NCBI RefSeq assembly: GCF_009914755.1
Contig: NC_060934.1
Strand: one strand, 5' to 3'
DNA: 64,000 bases
Origin: the human T2T-CHM13v2.0 reference genome, Homo sapiens
Shown in pieces: positions 1 to 14,849 of the stretch (within the stretch, counting starts at the first letter, position 1; the number at the start of each line of letters is the position of its first letter). The notes beneath the pieces were generated by a model, which had not been told where the DNA came from, did no database searches, and worked only from the letters and a program-made list of their open reading frames with translations. A program made the translations under genes and the position numbers.

Positions 1-336
1 GTTTCTTTGGTCAGCCCCTAACCTGCTCCTTCCTACTACTTCAATGGGTCCAATGATGCTCCCACTGCCACCTAAGCGTAACATTCTGAGTATTCCCAAT
101 CAGGAATTATTGGAATCCTCTCAGGGCGTGACATAAACTCTGAAGAACTTTGTTTTACCAGCTTTGCCATGAACGTATTAACATGGATAATGCTTAGCTG
201 TAAGCATTATCTCTCTGTATTCTCTCATATTCCTCTTTTCCTATTAGATCATAAGTGTTTTGGGAAGTCATTCTTAAAATGTTGTGATTCAGGTTACACA
301 CATCATCTTGTTTGTTTTTTTTCTTGTTTCCTAATA

Positions 337-1743
337 GCCTTATTGAGGTTTACTTGATATGTAATAAACTGCACATATTTAAAGTGTACAATTTGATTAT
401 TTGACATATATAAACACCCATGAAATAATCAACACCATCACCCATGAAATAATCAACCACAATCAAGATAGTTTTCATGTGACTATTAACCCAGTCCTCT
501 CCTTTTCTCGACAACCCCTCTTCATAAACCCTTTCCCTTACCTTTCCGGGAGATCCTTACTGAACTGCTGTCATATAGATTAGTTTGCATTCTTTAGAGG
601 TTTTGTAAATAAGATCATGCAGGATATATTCTTTTATTGTCTGGCTTCTTCATTTATCATAATTATTTTGAGATTTGTTCCTGTTGTTGCATGTATCCAT
701 AGCCAAGTCATTTTTATTGCTGAGCAGTATTCCATTGTATAGGTATACCACAGACCGTTTATATATTCAATCATTGATGGACATTCAAACTGTTTACTGG
801 TTTTGGTTACTACAGAGCTGCCATAAACTTTCTTCAAGTCTTGGATAGACATATGCTTTCTTTGTTCCTCGTATTATACCTAGGAGTGGAATGGAAAGAT
901 CATATGTAAGAGTATGATTAACCTTTAAGAAGCTCCCAAACAGTTCGCCACAGTAGTTGTAACCATTTCATATCCCCAGTCGCAGTGTATGAGAGTCCCA
1001 GTTCTGCCATATCCTTGCCAATAATTGGTATGATTGGTCTTTTTTAATTTTGACAATTTAAATATTTGGCAATATTACGTGGGGGATACCTCACTGAGCA
1101 ATAATGATAATCATTTTATGTGCTTATTTGCCTATATATCTTTTTTGAGGAAATGTCTATTGAATGATTTTACCCAATTTTTATGGAACTGTTTTCTTAT
1201 TATTGCAGTTTAAGTTTTCTTTATATGCTCTGAGTTTTAATCAGAAGTATGATTTGCAAATATGTTTTTCCAGTTGATTGTTTTTTATTCTCTTACCAGT
1301 GTCTTTCAAAAAGTAAACGTTTTTAAAATTTTTTGACAAAGTACAATTTCGCAATTTTTTTCTGGATAATTTTTTTTAATGTTGCTGTACCTAAAAAGAA
1401 TTTCACTAAGGACACAAATCTTTCTCCTATGTTTTCTTTATATGTTTCATAGCTTTAGGTTTTGGATTTAGGTTTATGACCTATTGTTAGTTATTTTTCC
1501 TATGTAAGGAAAGGAATGGGTTGACACTTATTTTGTGCATATAGATATCCCATTTTTCCAGCATTATTTATTGAAAAAAATATCCTTACTCCACCGATAA
1601 TTCTTTTTAAAACTGGTTTAGTTGACCACCCTACCAGTTGCTTGAAAACCATTGCTTCACATACATTGCCTGGTATTTTTGGTCATTTCAGGTTGGAGAG
1701 CAAGCGGATCCCGGTTATTCTATCTTACCTGGAAATGGAAGTC
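337..1743 (-). mobile_element. Old L1M (L1MB/MC/ME-type) fragments: 3' end and ORF2 tail, plus a probable 5'-end remnant
   Basis: 'ttattgaggtttacttgatatgtaataaactgcacatatttaaagtgtacaatttg' is a typical antisense L1M 3' end. ORF 634..852(-) reads as decayed L1 ORF2 C-terminus (CPS..EYINGLWY.YTMEYCSAIK). 1700-1743 resembles an L1M 5' end. Confidence 0.75.
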
Positions 1744-2787
1744 AGGACCTAGTTTTCAAACTGGTTTTTCGCACTTGATACTGGCTTTATAAACTTGTGT
1801 ATTACCATTATTTCCATGTTGCAAATTTATAAACTGAAATTCATGGGAGTTAAAAAATTTGCCCAATGCACAGAGTTGTTGCAGAAGATTGAATGAGAGA
1901 AGCTTGCAAAACCCACAGCACAGCATATGACACCGCAATTGCATAGCGGATTATAAATAAGAGATTTGAATCCGTTTTAATTATTTATTAATTTAACTCG
2001 ACTACCATAACAACTGTCCCTTTCTAATATATTCAACATCTATCACTTTCCCAGGAGAACTCCCTATTTTTATTTCCTTACCTAACACACTCTGGAGAGT
2101 GTTCTCTTAGCATGATCAGAGGGGCCTATCTGCACTCCCAGCATCAGCTACAGATCTTCTGCACTTCTCAGAAACCTACGAGCTTCATTCTTTAGATGCT
2201 AAATTACTGCTTCGGGAAAGTGACAAGTGACTGCAACATTTCACCAACATAAACCTCACTCAGTAAAAATAAAAGAAGCCTTAGAGAAGAAGCAGCCTTG
2301 GAGAAATAATAAATAAATATATATTTCAAGTAGACTGTGTTTGGCCTGTTGTCAGGATAAGTGAGTAAATGCTAAAGAAATAAATAGCTTCAGTTAATGA
2401 AGCAGAGTATTAGGAAAATAGAACTGTTCTGATCATTTGTCATATAAAGGAGTGAATCTGTTATTTTTGAACAGTTTCATTTCCCAAAACTGTTGTTTTG
2501 TTTATAAAAATAAAGCTTTTAGATGGGTTGTGAAATGTTATCTTTTCATCTTTGAAACTCTTCCAGCAGCAATCTGATTGTATTACATAAGGATATCGGG
2601 GGCTTATTTCATGAGATGATTCATGTAAGATTTTGCTGGCATTTTAGAACAATGCTCTGAGCTGAACCCCAAGATGTCTCTGTAACAAACTGAAGTCTAA
2701 TTCTGTGTGTTTTAGTGAAGCAGGGAATATAGCAGTAGAAACCCAGAACTTCAAGGTTTGGAAACAAGGAAATTGAGGGGGGTGGGG

Positions 2788-2965
2788 TTGTTTGTTTGTT
2801 TGTTTGCTTGTTTTTGAGACAGAGTCTCACTCTACCTCCCAGGCTGGAGTTCAGTCGTGCATTCTCATCTCACTGTAACCTCCACCTCCTGGGTTCAGGT
2901 GATTCTTGTGCCTCAGCCTCCTGAGTAGCTGGGATTACAGGCATGCGTGACCACGCCCAGCTAAT
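2788..2965 (-). mobile_element. Alu right monomer only (5'-truncated or FRAM-like) with (GTTT)n tail
   Basis: Alu right-arm sequence from gagacagagtctcactct to cccagctaat. Flanking direct repeat tggaaacaag at 2759 and 2965. Confidence 0.85.
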
Positions 2966-3149
2966 GGAAACAAGAACATTTGTTATAGTAGGAAATTTGT
3001 CCAGCTATCTCGCTCTCTCACCCCATGTCTTCACAGACAAACTTTTAAAAAGAGTTTTCTCCCTTTCCAACTCTTCATCAGTTCTCTGACCACTCACTAC
3101 CACCCCTTGCTCACTCACTCTATGAGATTGTCAGGGTTCTCCCTACCAC

Positions 3150-4130
3150 TAAAGACATGTATGTATTTTAGTCATCATCTATCCTGACCCATCAAAAGAA
3201 TATTCTACTGTGACCAGTTCTACTGAGGACATTCGGTCCCTTGGTTTCTATGACCAACATTGCACTAGCTTTCCTTTCTTTTTTTCTTTTTTCCCCCCTC
3301 CCTTGTCATTCTTTATCAGATTTCTTTTTAGATTCATCTTCCTGTAACCTCAATCATTAAATGCTGCTGAGGGTCAGCCTTGGCTCTATTTTCTTGTCAC
3401 ACTTTGCACTCTTCCTGAAGGATCCCTGACACCTAGGGCTTCCCCAGCCTTCTGTATTCAGGTGACTCACCCTCCTTCCCCCTGAGCTGTGGCCTTCCTT
3501 AACCAGCTGTCCCCAGTGGCATCTCTACATAACGTCTCAAGGGAATCTCATACCCACCAAATTCAGGTACAAGAATAAAGCAAATCTGACATGTTATTCC
3601 CATTCCTGCAGCCTAAAACCAACACTTAACTGTTTCTCACTGCTCCTAAGAGAAAAATTAACATTATTCCCAGAAGCCTAGGTAATCTAGCCACTGCCTG
3701 TCTCTCCAGCCTCATCTCACAGCACATTCCCCTGTCTCTCTTTGCTTCAGACACACCAACCACACCTCACATTTGCCCCCACTACTACCTGCCATTGGAC
3801 CTTCTGCTTGACCCACTTTCCTCCACCCTCCCTGGTCACCTCCTAGTTAGCTGGTGCTCTTCCTCCAAATCATGAATCATGTGCCACCACTCAGGGGCAT
3901 ATACCATAACCTTAACCTTCAAGAAAAGGTTAATATATTCTGTTTTGTGATCACGTGATGCACTATATTCTGAATGTTATCATCTAATTTATATGTGCAA
4001 TTATTTGATTAATATGAGTCTCCTCTCAGGGTGAAAGCTCCGTGATGGCAGGGGCAAATCCTGCCATACTCTCCAGTGTATCCTCAGAGTTAACACAGTT
4101 GACGATCTGTAAAATTTGTTGGGTGTATTA
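3150..4130 (+). mobile_element. L2 (L2a-like) 3' region
   Basis: Pyrimidine-rich L2 motifs (ctctccagcctcatctc, gaaagctccgtgatggcagg) ending in 'gtaaaatttgttgggtgta', like the L2 terminus. Confidence 0.7.
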
Positions 4131-4545
4131 AAGAATTGTAGACCAGGAGGCCTGGGTGCCAGCCTAGTTCTGCATTTGTTGAACTTCATGACTTTGAGTG
4201 TAAAGAACTGCCACTTAAATGCAAGAGATATCTGCCTTCATTAATGAAATATATTAATACACTGTACAAATCCTACCCACTGGAAAAACCCAATCCATTT
4301 GCTGATAAATCCTTTAAGCATGCTTTCACTTTCAAGAGGCCTGGATAGAAAAAATTGATAGCACTGTCATCTTTCTTCTAACTCCCAAATCTCCTCAATT
4401 AGTGTCTGCAAATGCCCCAATATTCAGTGTCCTATAACTGAGGTTTATGGCTGTTTTGATGGGGCAGATGCCTGAATCTTTCTGGGGATCCAAAAAGCAT
4501 AGAAAGTGCACAGTTGATTCTTATTTGGGGATACTCATTGCTTAC

Positions 4546-4623
4546 CCTGGCTGCTCTATGGTTTGGAAAAGTTAAAGGAAAGGCTTCAATGTGAACAAGT
4601 GTAGGAAAACAGTTGACATTCAA
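4546..4623 (-). ncRNA. Candidate exon (78 nt)
   Basis: Strong acceptor tttttctctctcttacag|T and donor AGG|gtaagc. Confidence 0.35.
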
Positions 4624-6474
4624 CTGTAAGAGAGAGAAAAATTGCATCCCTGGTTGATACCTACTCGAATTTCAAGGCTTCACTGGCAATTATCCTGCCT
4701 TCCTCTACTGAATATATTGCTCTTACAGCACTTGTTTTTAGAACCAGTTGGCATATAATTTTTCTATTTTTTGTTATAATTGAGAGTTACTAAGAATTAC
4801 ATAGTCCCAAGTACATGCTCTGTTGCCCCAGCAGACTTTACTTATAAAACATATAGTCAAAATTAAATTATTAAGAATTCTGTGACAGTAATAACAGAGC
4901 ATTCAACCTCAAGGATGGGGACCCCTTCTAAGTGTGGAAATCAGTGCAACTGTGCACACCCAGCAAACAAGCCTTGCCCTGGGCTCAGAGGTGTCAGTGC
5001 AGCTAGGACGAGGTCACAGGTTCCTGGACCACCAACAGATCTTACATTCTGCATCTCATATAAAATCAGCACTTGGCAACCCCAAATAAAAATGGCATTG
5101 AATTGAATTGGAGAGATTGCTAATAAAACAGGAAATGTTAAGATCTGCTTTTTAAATCCCAGTATTAATTGAAGCCAGACTTTCCTTTGAAATTCAAAAG
5201 AAAAAATTTTTGGTTCTTCTTTCACGTTAATAGAAACAGGAAGATGAGGTATCAGATGTGCAGGTTTTAACATCAAATTTAATCCTTTTAAGCAGCAGCA
5301 GGCCAGACTGTGAGAGCACCTCCCGCACCCGTGAACTCTTCCTCCTTCACTTTGGCTCCAACAACAGAAGACTCCATCTTTGCAGAGGGACAGTTGCCCC
5401 ATCTGAAGGCTGCACAACTTTTGATGATCAACATCCTTCATCATTTTCAGGGAATGACAGCAACACAAAGAAAACAAAGTACTAAAAGCCTCAAACAACA
5501 CATTCTTGTTGATGTGGAACCTTCCTAGACCCCAGAACCACACTTGATTTTCTTTGTTGTGATTACTAACGCCACCACTTTCCAGAGCTATTACAGGTCT
5601 AACAGCAGCCCTAAAAGGTGGACATCACAGAAATGACTGGAAGAAAACTTTCTGGGGCTACACCTTAGCCTTAAATCAGAAAGCGTTGTGGATAAAATTG
5701 TGCTTACAATTTATGGGACTTCTCTTTGGGAAGAGACTGTATTCAGCCACACAGGAACTATAATCCACCCAACTCTCACAGTGTGGGGACTCATTTTACA
5801 CAAGAGTTACTAGTCACATTCCTGCAAAGTCAAGAGACTTAGTTTTTATAAGTTTTTATAAGCTTTATAAGACTAAGTTTTTATAAGCTGAATTTCACTT
5901 TTAATGCAATACAACTCAGAATTTGAGGGAAGCCTGGGGTAAATTCTCTGCAAACCCAGACTTCCCTGTTCTGGGAAGATACATAGCTCTCTGAAAGATG
6001 CTGAGTAACAAGCATAAGTTTGAATTTTTATATTGAATTGGGGATGCCTACGGCTTTTCCTCAGAGTAGTTCTGCTCATTCTTATGCATGTGGTTCTTCA
6101 TTTTATATGGTGAGCCTTCGTTTTGTTTTGTGGTCAACATGTTTCTTTCCTGAAATGCAGTCTTTTAGGTTGGCATTTCTAATATCATGCTCAATATTCA
6201 ATGTGGCAAATATTCTATTCTAGATTATGGCCAGAGCAAATGGAGGGATAAATAAATACAATTACCACAAGATGTGTCACACACTAAAAGCAAAACAAAA
6301 AGGGTCCTGCCATCAGAAAGCTCCTGTCCACCTTGGCAGAAAGGAGGTTGTTTGCACCCTGGAAATACATCAGAGATGTTAGTGCAAAATTACAAACGAG
6401 GAAAAGTGGGCTCTTAAATGCATTTTCCTTCTCTATTGGAGTTAGTCTTAAATTTTATTTGTTTCTTATGGGAT

Positions 6475-6850
6475 GTATTCATTTTCTATGGCTGCCATAA
6501 CAAAGTACCACAGACTGAGGAATTTAAATAACAGAAATTATTTTTCTCACAGTTCTGGGAATAGAATTTTGAGATCAAAGTGTCAGTAGGGTTGGTTTCT
6601 TCTGAGGCCTCTCTTCTTGACTTGTAGATGGCTTCTCCCTGTGTCTTCATATGGTCTTCCCTTTGTAACTGTGTGTCTCCAAATTTCCACTTCTTATAAA
6701 CACCAGCCATACTGAATTAAGGTCCAGGTAATTACCTTATTTTACCTTAATTACCTCTTTAAAGACCTTGTCTCCATACACATTCTGAGGTGCTTGGAAT
6801 TAGGACTTCAACATATTAATTTTTGAAGGGATACAATTTAGTTTGTAGCA
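6475..6850 (-). mobile_element. MLT1A-type MaLR solo LTR
   Basis: Starts 'tgtattcattttctatggctgccataacaaagtaccacagactg...ttctcacagttctgg'. Length about 375 bp. Confidence 0.8.
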
Positions 6851-7680
6851 TGGAAGAATAGTAACAAGAAAAAACCACTTTCAGGGAAACTGTTCTGATT
6901 TATTGTACATATGCCAAAATCCAACTATATCTGTAGAGAAAATTTTAAAACAGAGAAAAATCTTATTTTCTTTCTGTAATTTCTATTTTAGAACATTGCT
7001 GCTACACAGTTAGGATTTGTACTAAAATGGGCCTCATTTTCTGCAGCTCACTCTGAGAGAAATGAAGAGCTTATTATGAAACACGCCAAATAACCTTAAT
7101 AGTAGAGAGTTTCTTTATTCAACTTGTGCAACATGAATTTTTCTTAGGTTTTTGCTTTGAGAAAATGTTCTGAAAATATTAATATTCCCATTAGTCAGTG
7201 TAGTCGGAGCAAAGCAAAAAATACTACCTTTTTCCAAAAACTAACATATGAACTGACATATTTTCTGCCTTAAAGATATAATAAATTCCTACCAATGCTG
7301 CACAAATAAGAGAAGGCTAAGCAGTTGACAGTTAGCACCAGAATTGGCTGCAAATGAGCCCCTGGTAACTTTCCTCTCCTCCTGCATGGCTTACATCATC
7401 AGCTGCAAGAGAAGCTTGAAAAAGTCTTTGAGGCACGTTGGTTAATGAGCTGGCTCTGTTGAAGCTGCTCCTGCTTCTTGGAGTGATTGTGAACCTTTCT
7501 GACCCCCTCTCCGGGGTGAAATCCCCACTTTACAAGCTCTTGTAATACCCTGAACTTCCCCTTTGTTACATACATAACAGTTAAGAATATGCATTCAATG
7601 CCATGGGTAATTGATTAATTCTAGCCCCATTACTAAATTGTAAGCTCCAGGACTTCAGGGACCACGTATGTTTCACTTAC

Positions 7681-7770
7681 CTTTGTGACTCTTGTCAACC
7701 AGGTTTGAAGATAATAAACTGGAAACCAGCAGTGGCAACCGGGCTCTGAACGGTTATGTTATTACTCTTG
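7681..7770 (-). ncRNA. Candidate non-coding exon (putative spliced lncRNA)
   Basis: Acceptor ttctattctcacttag|C and consensus donor AAG|gtaagt. Stops in all three frames. No transcript evidence available. Confidence 0.35.
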
Positions 7771-7817
7771 CTAAGTGAGAATAGAATTTTAGATTTCAGC
7801 AAAGGGTTTCTTAATAA

Positions 7818-8253
<436 letters not shown>

Positions 8254-8414
8254 TTATAAATGCACACATATTTTAAAATCCTGAAAATATCTCCCATTTT
8301 ATTTTCTGCTGTTTCCCCCCCACCTTTGAACTACATGTTAAACTCCCAATATAGCTTTAATATTGAAGAAAGAAGCATGGCTCCATTTCTTATGCATCAT
8401 TATTATTGTAATGA

Positions 8415-9160
<746 letters not shown>

Positions 9161-9299
9161 AGAGGCTCTTCCAATATTACCCACCCCCCATATCTGCTCT
9201 TTTTCTTCTTATATTCCAAAACTCAATGAGTGATACATTTATCCCATTGCACAATATTGAAATGTTAGAATCATCCCAGATTCCTTATCTCTATTTATC

Positions 9300-9440
9300 T
9301 ATTTTTTATTGTGGTAAAAATATATAACATAAAATCCACCCTCTTAAAAATTTAAGTGTGCCATACAATATTTGTTAACCATATGCACATTGTTGTACAG
9401 CACATCTCTAGGACTTATTAACCTTGCATGACTAAAACCC
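9300..9440 (-). mobile_element. L1MA/MB 3'-end fragment inserted in an L2 remnant (L2 about 9160-9760)
   Basis: 'ttttattgtggtaaaaatatataacataaaat...acattgttgtacagcacatctctaggacttatt'. Confidence 0.65.
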
Positions 9441-9766
9441 TCTTCTCTTCTCTCACTCACCCCATATACTCAGTAGATCACCAAGTCCAGTGAAATCTAC
9501 CTCCTAGTCACTTCCATCTCATATTCTACTTCATGCCTTTGCCCAGGTCCTCTCCAATCTCACCCAGATAGTCACAAAGGCCTCTTGACTTGTCTACCTG
9601 ACTGTATCCTCACCTGCCACCAATCCACTTATCCAGATGATACCAGAGCAAGCTGTCTAAAATGGAAATCTGGCCTTGCCATTCCACAGATGAAAATAAT
9701 TCATTGGCCTTCCTTGCTCTTCAGAAAACATCTAGGCTCCACAACACGGTGAGTGGTCTTTCTTCC

Positions 9767-12012
9767 TGGTTTGGCTGTGTCCCCACCCAAATCTCACCTT
9801 GAATTTCCACATTGTAGGAGGGACCTGGTGAGAGGTAATTGAATCATGGGGGCAAGTCTTTTCCATGCTATTCTCATGATAGTGAATAAGTCTCACGATA
9901 TCTGATAGTTTTAAAAAGAGGAGTTACCCTGCACAAGCTCTTCTTTTCTTGCCTGCTACCATCCACATAACATGTGACTTGCTCCTCCTTGCCTTCCACC
10001 ATGATTGTGAGGCCTCCCCAGCCATGTAGAACTGTAAGTCCAGTTAAACTTCTTTCCTTTGTAAATTTCCCAGTCTCAGGTATGTCTTTATCAGCAGCGT
10101 GAAAACAGACTAATACAATAAATTGGTACCAGGAGTGGGGAGATACTGAAAAGATACCTGAAAATGTGGAAGCAACTTTGGAAGTGGGTAATAGGCAGAG
10201 GTTGGAACAGTTTGGAGGGCTCAGAGGAAGACAGGAAAATGTGGGAAAATTTGGAACTCCCTAGAGACTTGTTGAATGGCTTTGACCAAAATGCTGATAG
10301 TGATATGGACAATGAAATCCAGGCTAAAGTGGTCTCACATAGAGTTGAGGAACTTGTTGGGAACTGGAGCAAAGGTGACTCTTGCTATGTTTTAGCAAAG
10401 AGGCTGGCGGCATTTTGCACCTGCCCTAGAGATGAGCAAAACTTTGAACTTGAGAGAGATTATTTAGGGTATCTGGCAGAAGAAATTTCTAAGCAGAAAA
10501 GCATTCAAGAGGTGACTTAGGTGCTGTTAAAGGCATTCAATTTTAAAAGGGAAACAGAGCATAAAAGTTTGGAAAATTTGCAGCCTGAAAATGGGACAGA
10601 AAAGAAAAACCCATTTTCTGAGAAATGCAAGCCAGCTGCAGAAATTTGCATAAGTAATAAGGAGCCAAGTATTAATCCTCAAGACAATGGGGAAAATGTC
10701 TCTCAGGCATGTCAGAGGTCTTCACAGCAGACCCTCCCATTACAGGCCTGGAGGCCTAGAAGGAAAAAGTGGTTTCATGGGCCAGGCCCAGGGTCCCTGT
10801 GCTGTGTGTAGCCCAGGAACTTGGTGCCCTGTGCTCTAGCCATTCCAGTGATGGCTAAAAGGGGCCAACATAGAGCCTGGGCTGTAGCTTCATAGGAGGC
10901 AAGCCTCAAGCCTTGGCAGCTTCCATGTGCACAGTGCACAGAAGTCAAGTATTGGGGTTTGGGAACCTCTACCTAGATTTCAGAGGATGTATGGAAATAC
11001 CTGGACGTCCAGGCAGAAGTTTGCTGCAGGGGCAGGGTTCTCATGGAGAACCTCTGCTAGGGCAGTCCAAAAGGAAAATTTCGGGTTGGAGCCCCCACAG
11101 AGTCCCTACTGGGACACCACCTAGTGGAGCTGTGAGAAGAAAGCCACGGTCCTCCAGACCCCAAAATATTAAATCTACAGACAGCTTAAACCATGTGCCT
11201 GGAAAAGCCACAGACACTCAACACCAGTCCATGAAAGCAGCCTGGAGGGAGGCTGTACCCTGCAGAGCTGCCCAAGACCATGGAAACCCACCCCTTGCAT
11301 CAGCGTGACCTGGATGTGAGACCTGGAGTCAAAGGAGGTCATTTTGGAGTTTTAAGATTTGACTGCCCTGCTGGATTTTGGACTTGCAGGGGGCCTGTAG
11401 CCCCTTTGTTTTGGCTAATTGCTCCAATTTAGAACAGCTGTATTTACCCAGTGCCTGTACCCCCATTGTATCTAGGAAGTAACTAACTTGCTTTTGATTT
11501 TACAGCCTTATAAGTGTAAGGGACTTGCCTTTTCTCAGATGAGACTTTGGACTGTGGACTCTTGAGTTAATGCTGAAATGAGTTAAGACTTTTGGGGGAC
11601 AGTTGGGAAGGAATGATTGGTTTTGAAATGTTAGGACATGAGATTTGGAAGGGTCTGGGGTGGAATGATATGGTTTGGCTGTGTCCCCACCAAAATCTCA
11701 TCTTGAATTCCCACATGTTATGGGAGGGACCAGGTGGGAGGTAATTGAATCATTGGGGCAAGTCTTTCCCCATGCTATTCTCATGATAGTGAATAAGTCT
11801 CATGAGATCTTATGGTTTTACAAACAGGAGTTCCCCTGCACAAGCTCTCTTTTCTCTTGTCTGCTGCCATGTGATATGTGCCTTTCACCTTCCACCATGA
11901 TTGTGAGGCCTCCCCAGCCGTGTGGAACTGTAAGTTCAATAAACATCTTTCTTTTGTAAATTGCTCAGTCTGAGGTGTGTCTTTATTAGCAGCATGAAAA
12001 CAGACTAATATA
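9767..12012 (+). mobile_element. THE1 (THE1B-like) MaLR provirus: 5' LTR 9767-10117, internal 10118-11665, 3' LTR 11666-12012
   Basis: Both LTRs run from 'tggtttggctgtgtcccca' to 'aaaacagactaata'. The internal region starts 'aaattggtaccagg'. ORFs 10164..11308 are broken THE1-int ORF pieces (WNSLEGSEEDRKMWENLELPRDLLNGFDQNADSDMDNE). Confidence 0.93.
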
Positions 12013-12324
12013 CTGTGCCATTCTGTCATCTGCCCTGCTCCCTCACATCTTCCTGCTGCTGCATGGGTTGCTTCCTTTGCCTAGGATGCCCTTCTCTCAG
12101 TTTCCATGTTGAGGACAGGGCCCAAAGAGGCTAAGAACAGAAGCCTTGGACCCAGATAGCTCAGGCTTGAACATCATGTCCACCACCACTTAGCCCATTT
12201 CCTTATCCATAAACTGGGCATCATCATCATAATAATGTGTATCTCATTATTGATATTGAGTGTATTAAATGTGGTACTGCTCACAGACCACGTAGCAGGT
12301 GCCTGGGTCATGACAGTGGCACTA

Positions 12325-12657
<333 letters not shown>

Positions 12658-14492
12658 GTTTTATTTTTTCTTTGTCTATCTCACAAGCCTCTACTCATAT
12701 TTCAAGACCACACATCTTCAAGAATCCTCTCTGACCTGCCTTCCCGTATCTCAGTCATTCTTACTCTCTTGTTACGCTCCCAATATAACTTGGGGATACC
12801 TTTATTTTAGATTTTACTTCATTACACAATCTCCTGTCTCCACTCAGAAGACTGTGAATATCGTCAGGGAAATAACTGTGCCTCATTTTTCTCTGAATCC
12901 ACAGTGCCAGTGTCTTGTTCACTGCTGACACTGAATGCATGTGAGCTCTTCATGGGAAATTACAGAATATAAGTGCCCAGCTTAATTAAGCAGGGATGAG
13001 GGCATGTAGCCATAGACATGGAGGTTGTCAGAGCATTGACATATTTTGACTTGATGGTGGTTACTCACTCAATTTGTTTTCATAACAGTAGTTGGAGTTA
13101 CACTTTGGCAACTGAGCACTGATCAACATGAGAGCTCATAAAGTCAGCTCCCACTGAAGACTGGATCCAAATAACTGCATTGCAGCCAAGCTCCAAATTG
13201 TACCAATAGCAGCTGACTTTGATTCTTGCCTTTCATGTGGTTCCACATTCATCCTTTCTTAAGGCATCCTGCATGAACAGAAAAATACCAAATGCTGATT
13301 TGTTTGTCAAAAACAACTTGCCCTTGAAAAACTAGAACTTAGGACAAATCTGAGAAGTACTCTTATCAAAACCAAGGTGAAAATGGAAAGGACTCGCTCT
13401 TTTCTTTTTTGAGTCTACCAGTTTCTCCACCTTTACAAAAATGATAGACACGAAAGTGGGGCCCATTTCCCATCTTTCCATCTAGAATTTTGGAATGGCC
13501 TCTCACTGTTTTGGCCACATTGCTCTTTCTAGAAAAATCCATACCTCTAAGATTCAGAATATATGCTATTTTCCTGCAGTTTTAAAGCTCAGTTTCTCAT
13601 AGAAAAGGTTATTTTCTTCTCTCTTATTTCTTATTAGGATTTTCTGAACTTGGTCATCATCAGAGAATTCTCTTGAGGAGCTAAATTCTGAAAAATATGC
13701 ATGTTCTTCAAATGTTTCAGCAAAATTTTTCAGTCTAAAATCATTTGCAAAATATTTTACTTTTACGTGCAGACAACTTCAATGGCCCTCTCTCCTGACT
13801 GTTCAGAATTACCTGGCAATAAGCAGTGTGATTATTTATCAATACAACAGCTTGAGCAAAATTCAGAATTCATCCTGTCATTTTGCAGTTGGTTCTGAAC
13901 GCCTAGAATTTTCTCATTTTCGCTCTCAGTTATCTTCCTTAAATAATGTTCAGAATGACCCTTTTCTAACATCTCCTCGGTCCCAAAGACATTTGTGATA
14001 TACTTATTACAATACTTACCACAAACAAGGCACCTCTGTTTCCTTTCACTCTCTGTACAGGCAGAATGGAACCACTGTTTATGCAAAAAGGTTTTACCAT
14101 TACCAGGATATTTTTATGATCCTATGCTCTAAAATCAAAAACACACCAAGTTAGAAATTTCAGATGGTGCTCTTTTATTCTTTCAAAGACAAATCAAATG
14201 TTTTATTACATTTGAGATCTCATACACAGTTTTATTATAAATGATGAATCCACCTAGAAAAAAGAATAGCTATTGTTGAGGTTTCTCAATGAGCTCTCAT
14301 TACCTCGTAGTTTTATGTTTTATGTTTATGTTGGATTTGATATCCTATGTTGTGATGTCTGCTGCAATACAGTACATTATACTTAATAAAAGCTACTTTC
14401 AAAATTTTAAGTATATAAGTAATTTAAGGTAAATATAAGTTCAACTCTATTTAAACTCAAGTCCTAATTACTGGGAGAGGTAAGAAGTTAAA

Positions 14493-14517
14493 CACACAGA
14501 AACACACACACAGACAC

Positions 14518-14553
<36 letters not shown>
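14493..14553 (+). repeat. Compound (CA)n/(GA)n microsatellite
   Basis: Seen directly. Confidence 0.95.
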
Positions 14554-14557
<4 letters not shown>

Positions 14558-14849
14558 TTCTTAACTAGGTTCATAGAATATTAAAAATTTCTTACACATA
14601 ACTTTTGCCTTCATCTTATATATACATACAGTATATTAATATTTTATGATAATTTTCTCCACATCCCAATTTCATTCATTCCTTATACATTTTTCTGAGC
14701 TTGAGTTGATTGATTCCCCTTCAATTTTATATACAAATATTATTTTAAATCTACATTACTTTTTTTAAGGTATCATCACTCATCTCTAAATCAACCCATC
14801 TGTACTCTGCTTTATGATAAATAAAAATTACATTTTTCATCATTTCCAG

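Noticed and set aside
4546-4623. 78-nt open frame (LNVNCFPTLVHIEAFPLTFPNHRAAR) and the 24081-24163 frame as coding exons
   Set aside because: I do not recognise either peptide, and the other candidate exons contain stops in all frames.
4941-5543. 200-aa minus-strand ORF, the longest non-TE ORF
   Set aside because: Non-ATG start, Cys/Leu/Phe-rich composition typical of random AT-rich sequence, and no recognisable domain or processed-pseudogene hallmarks.
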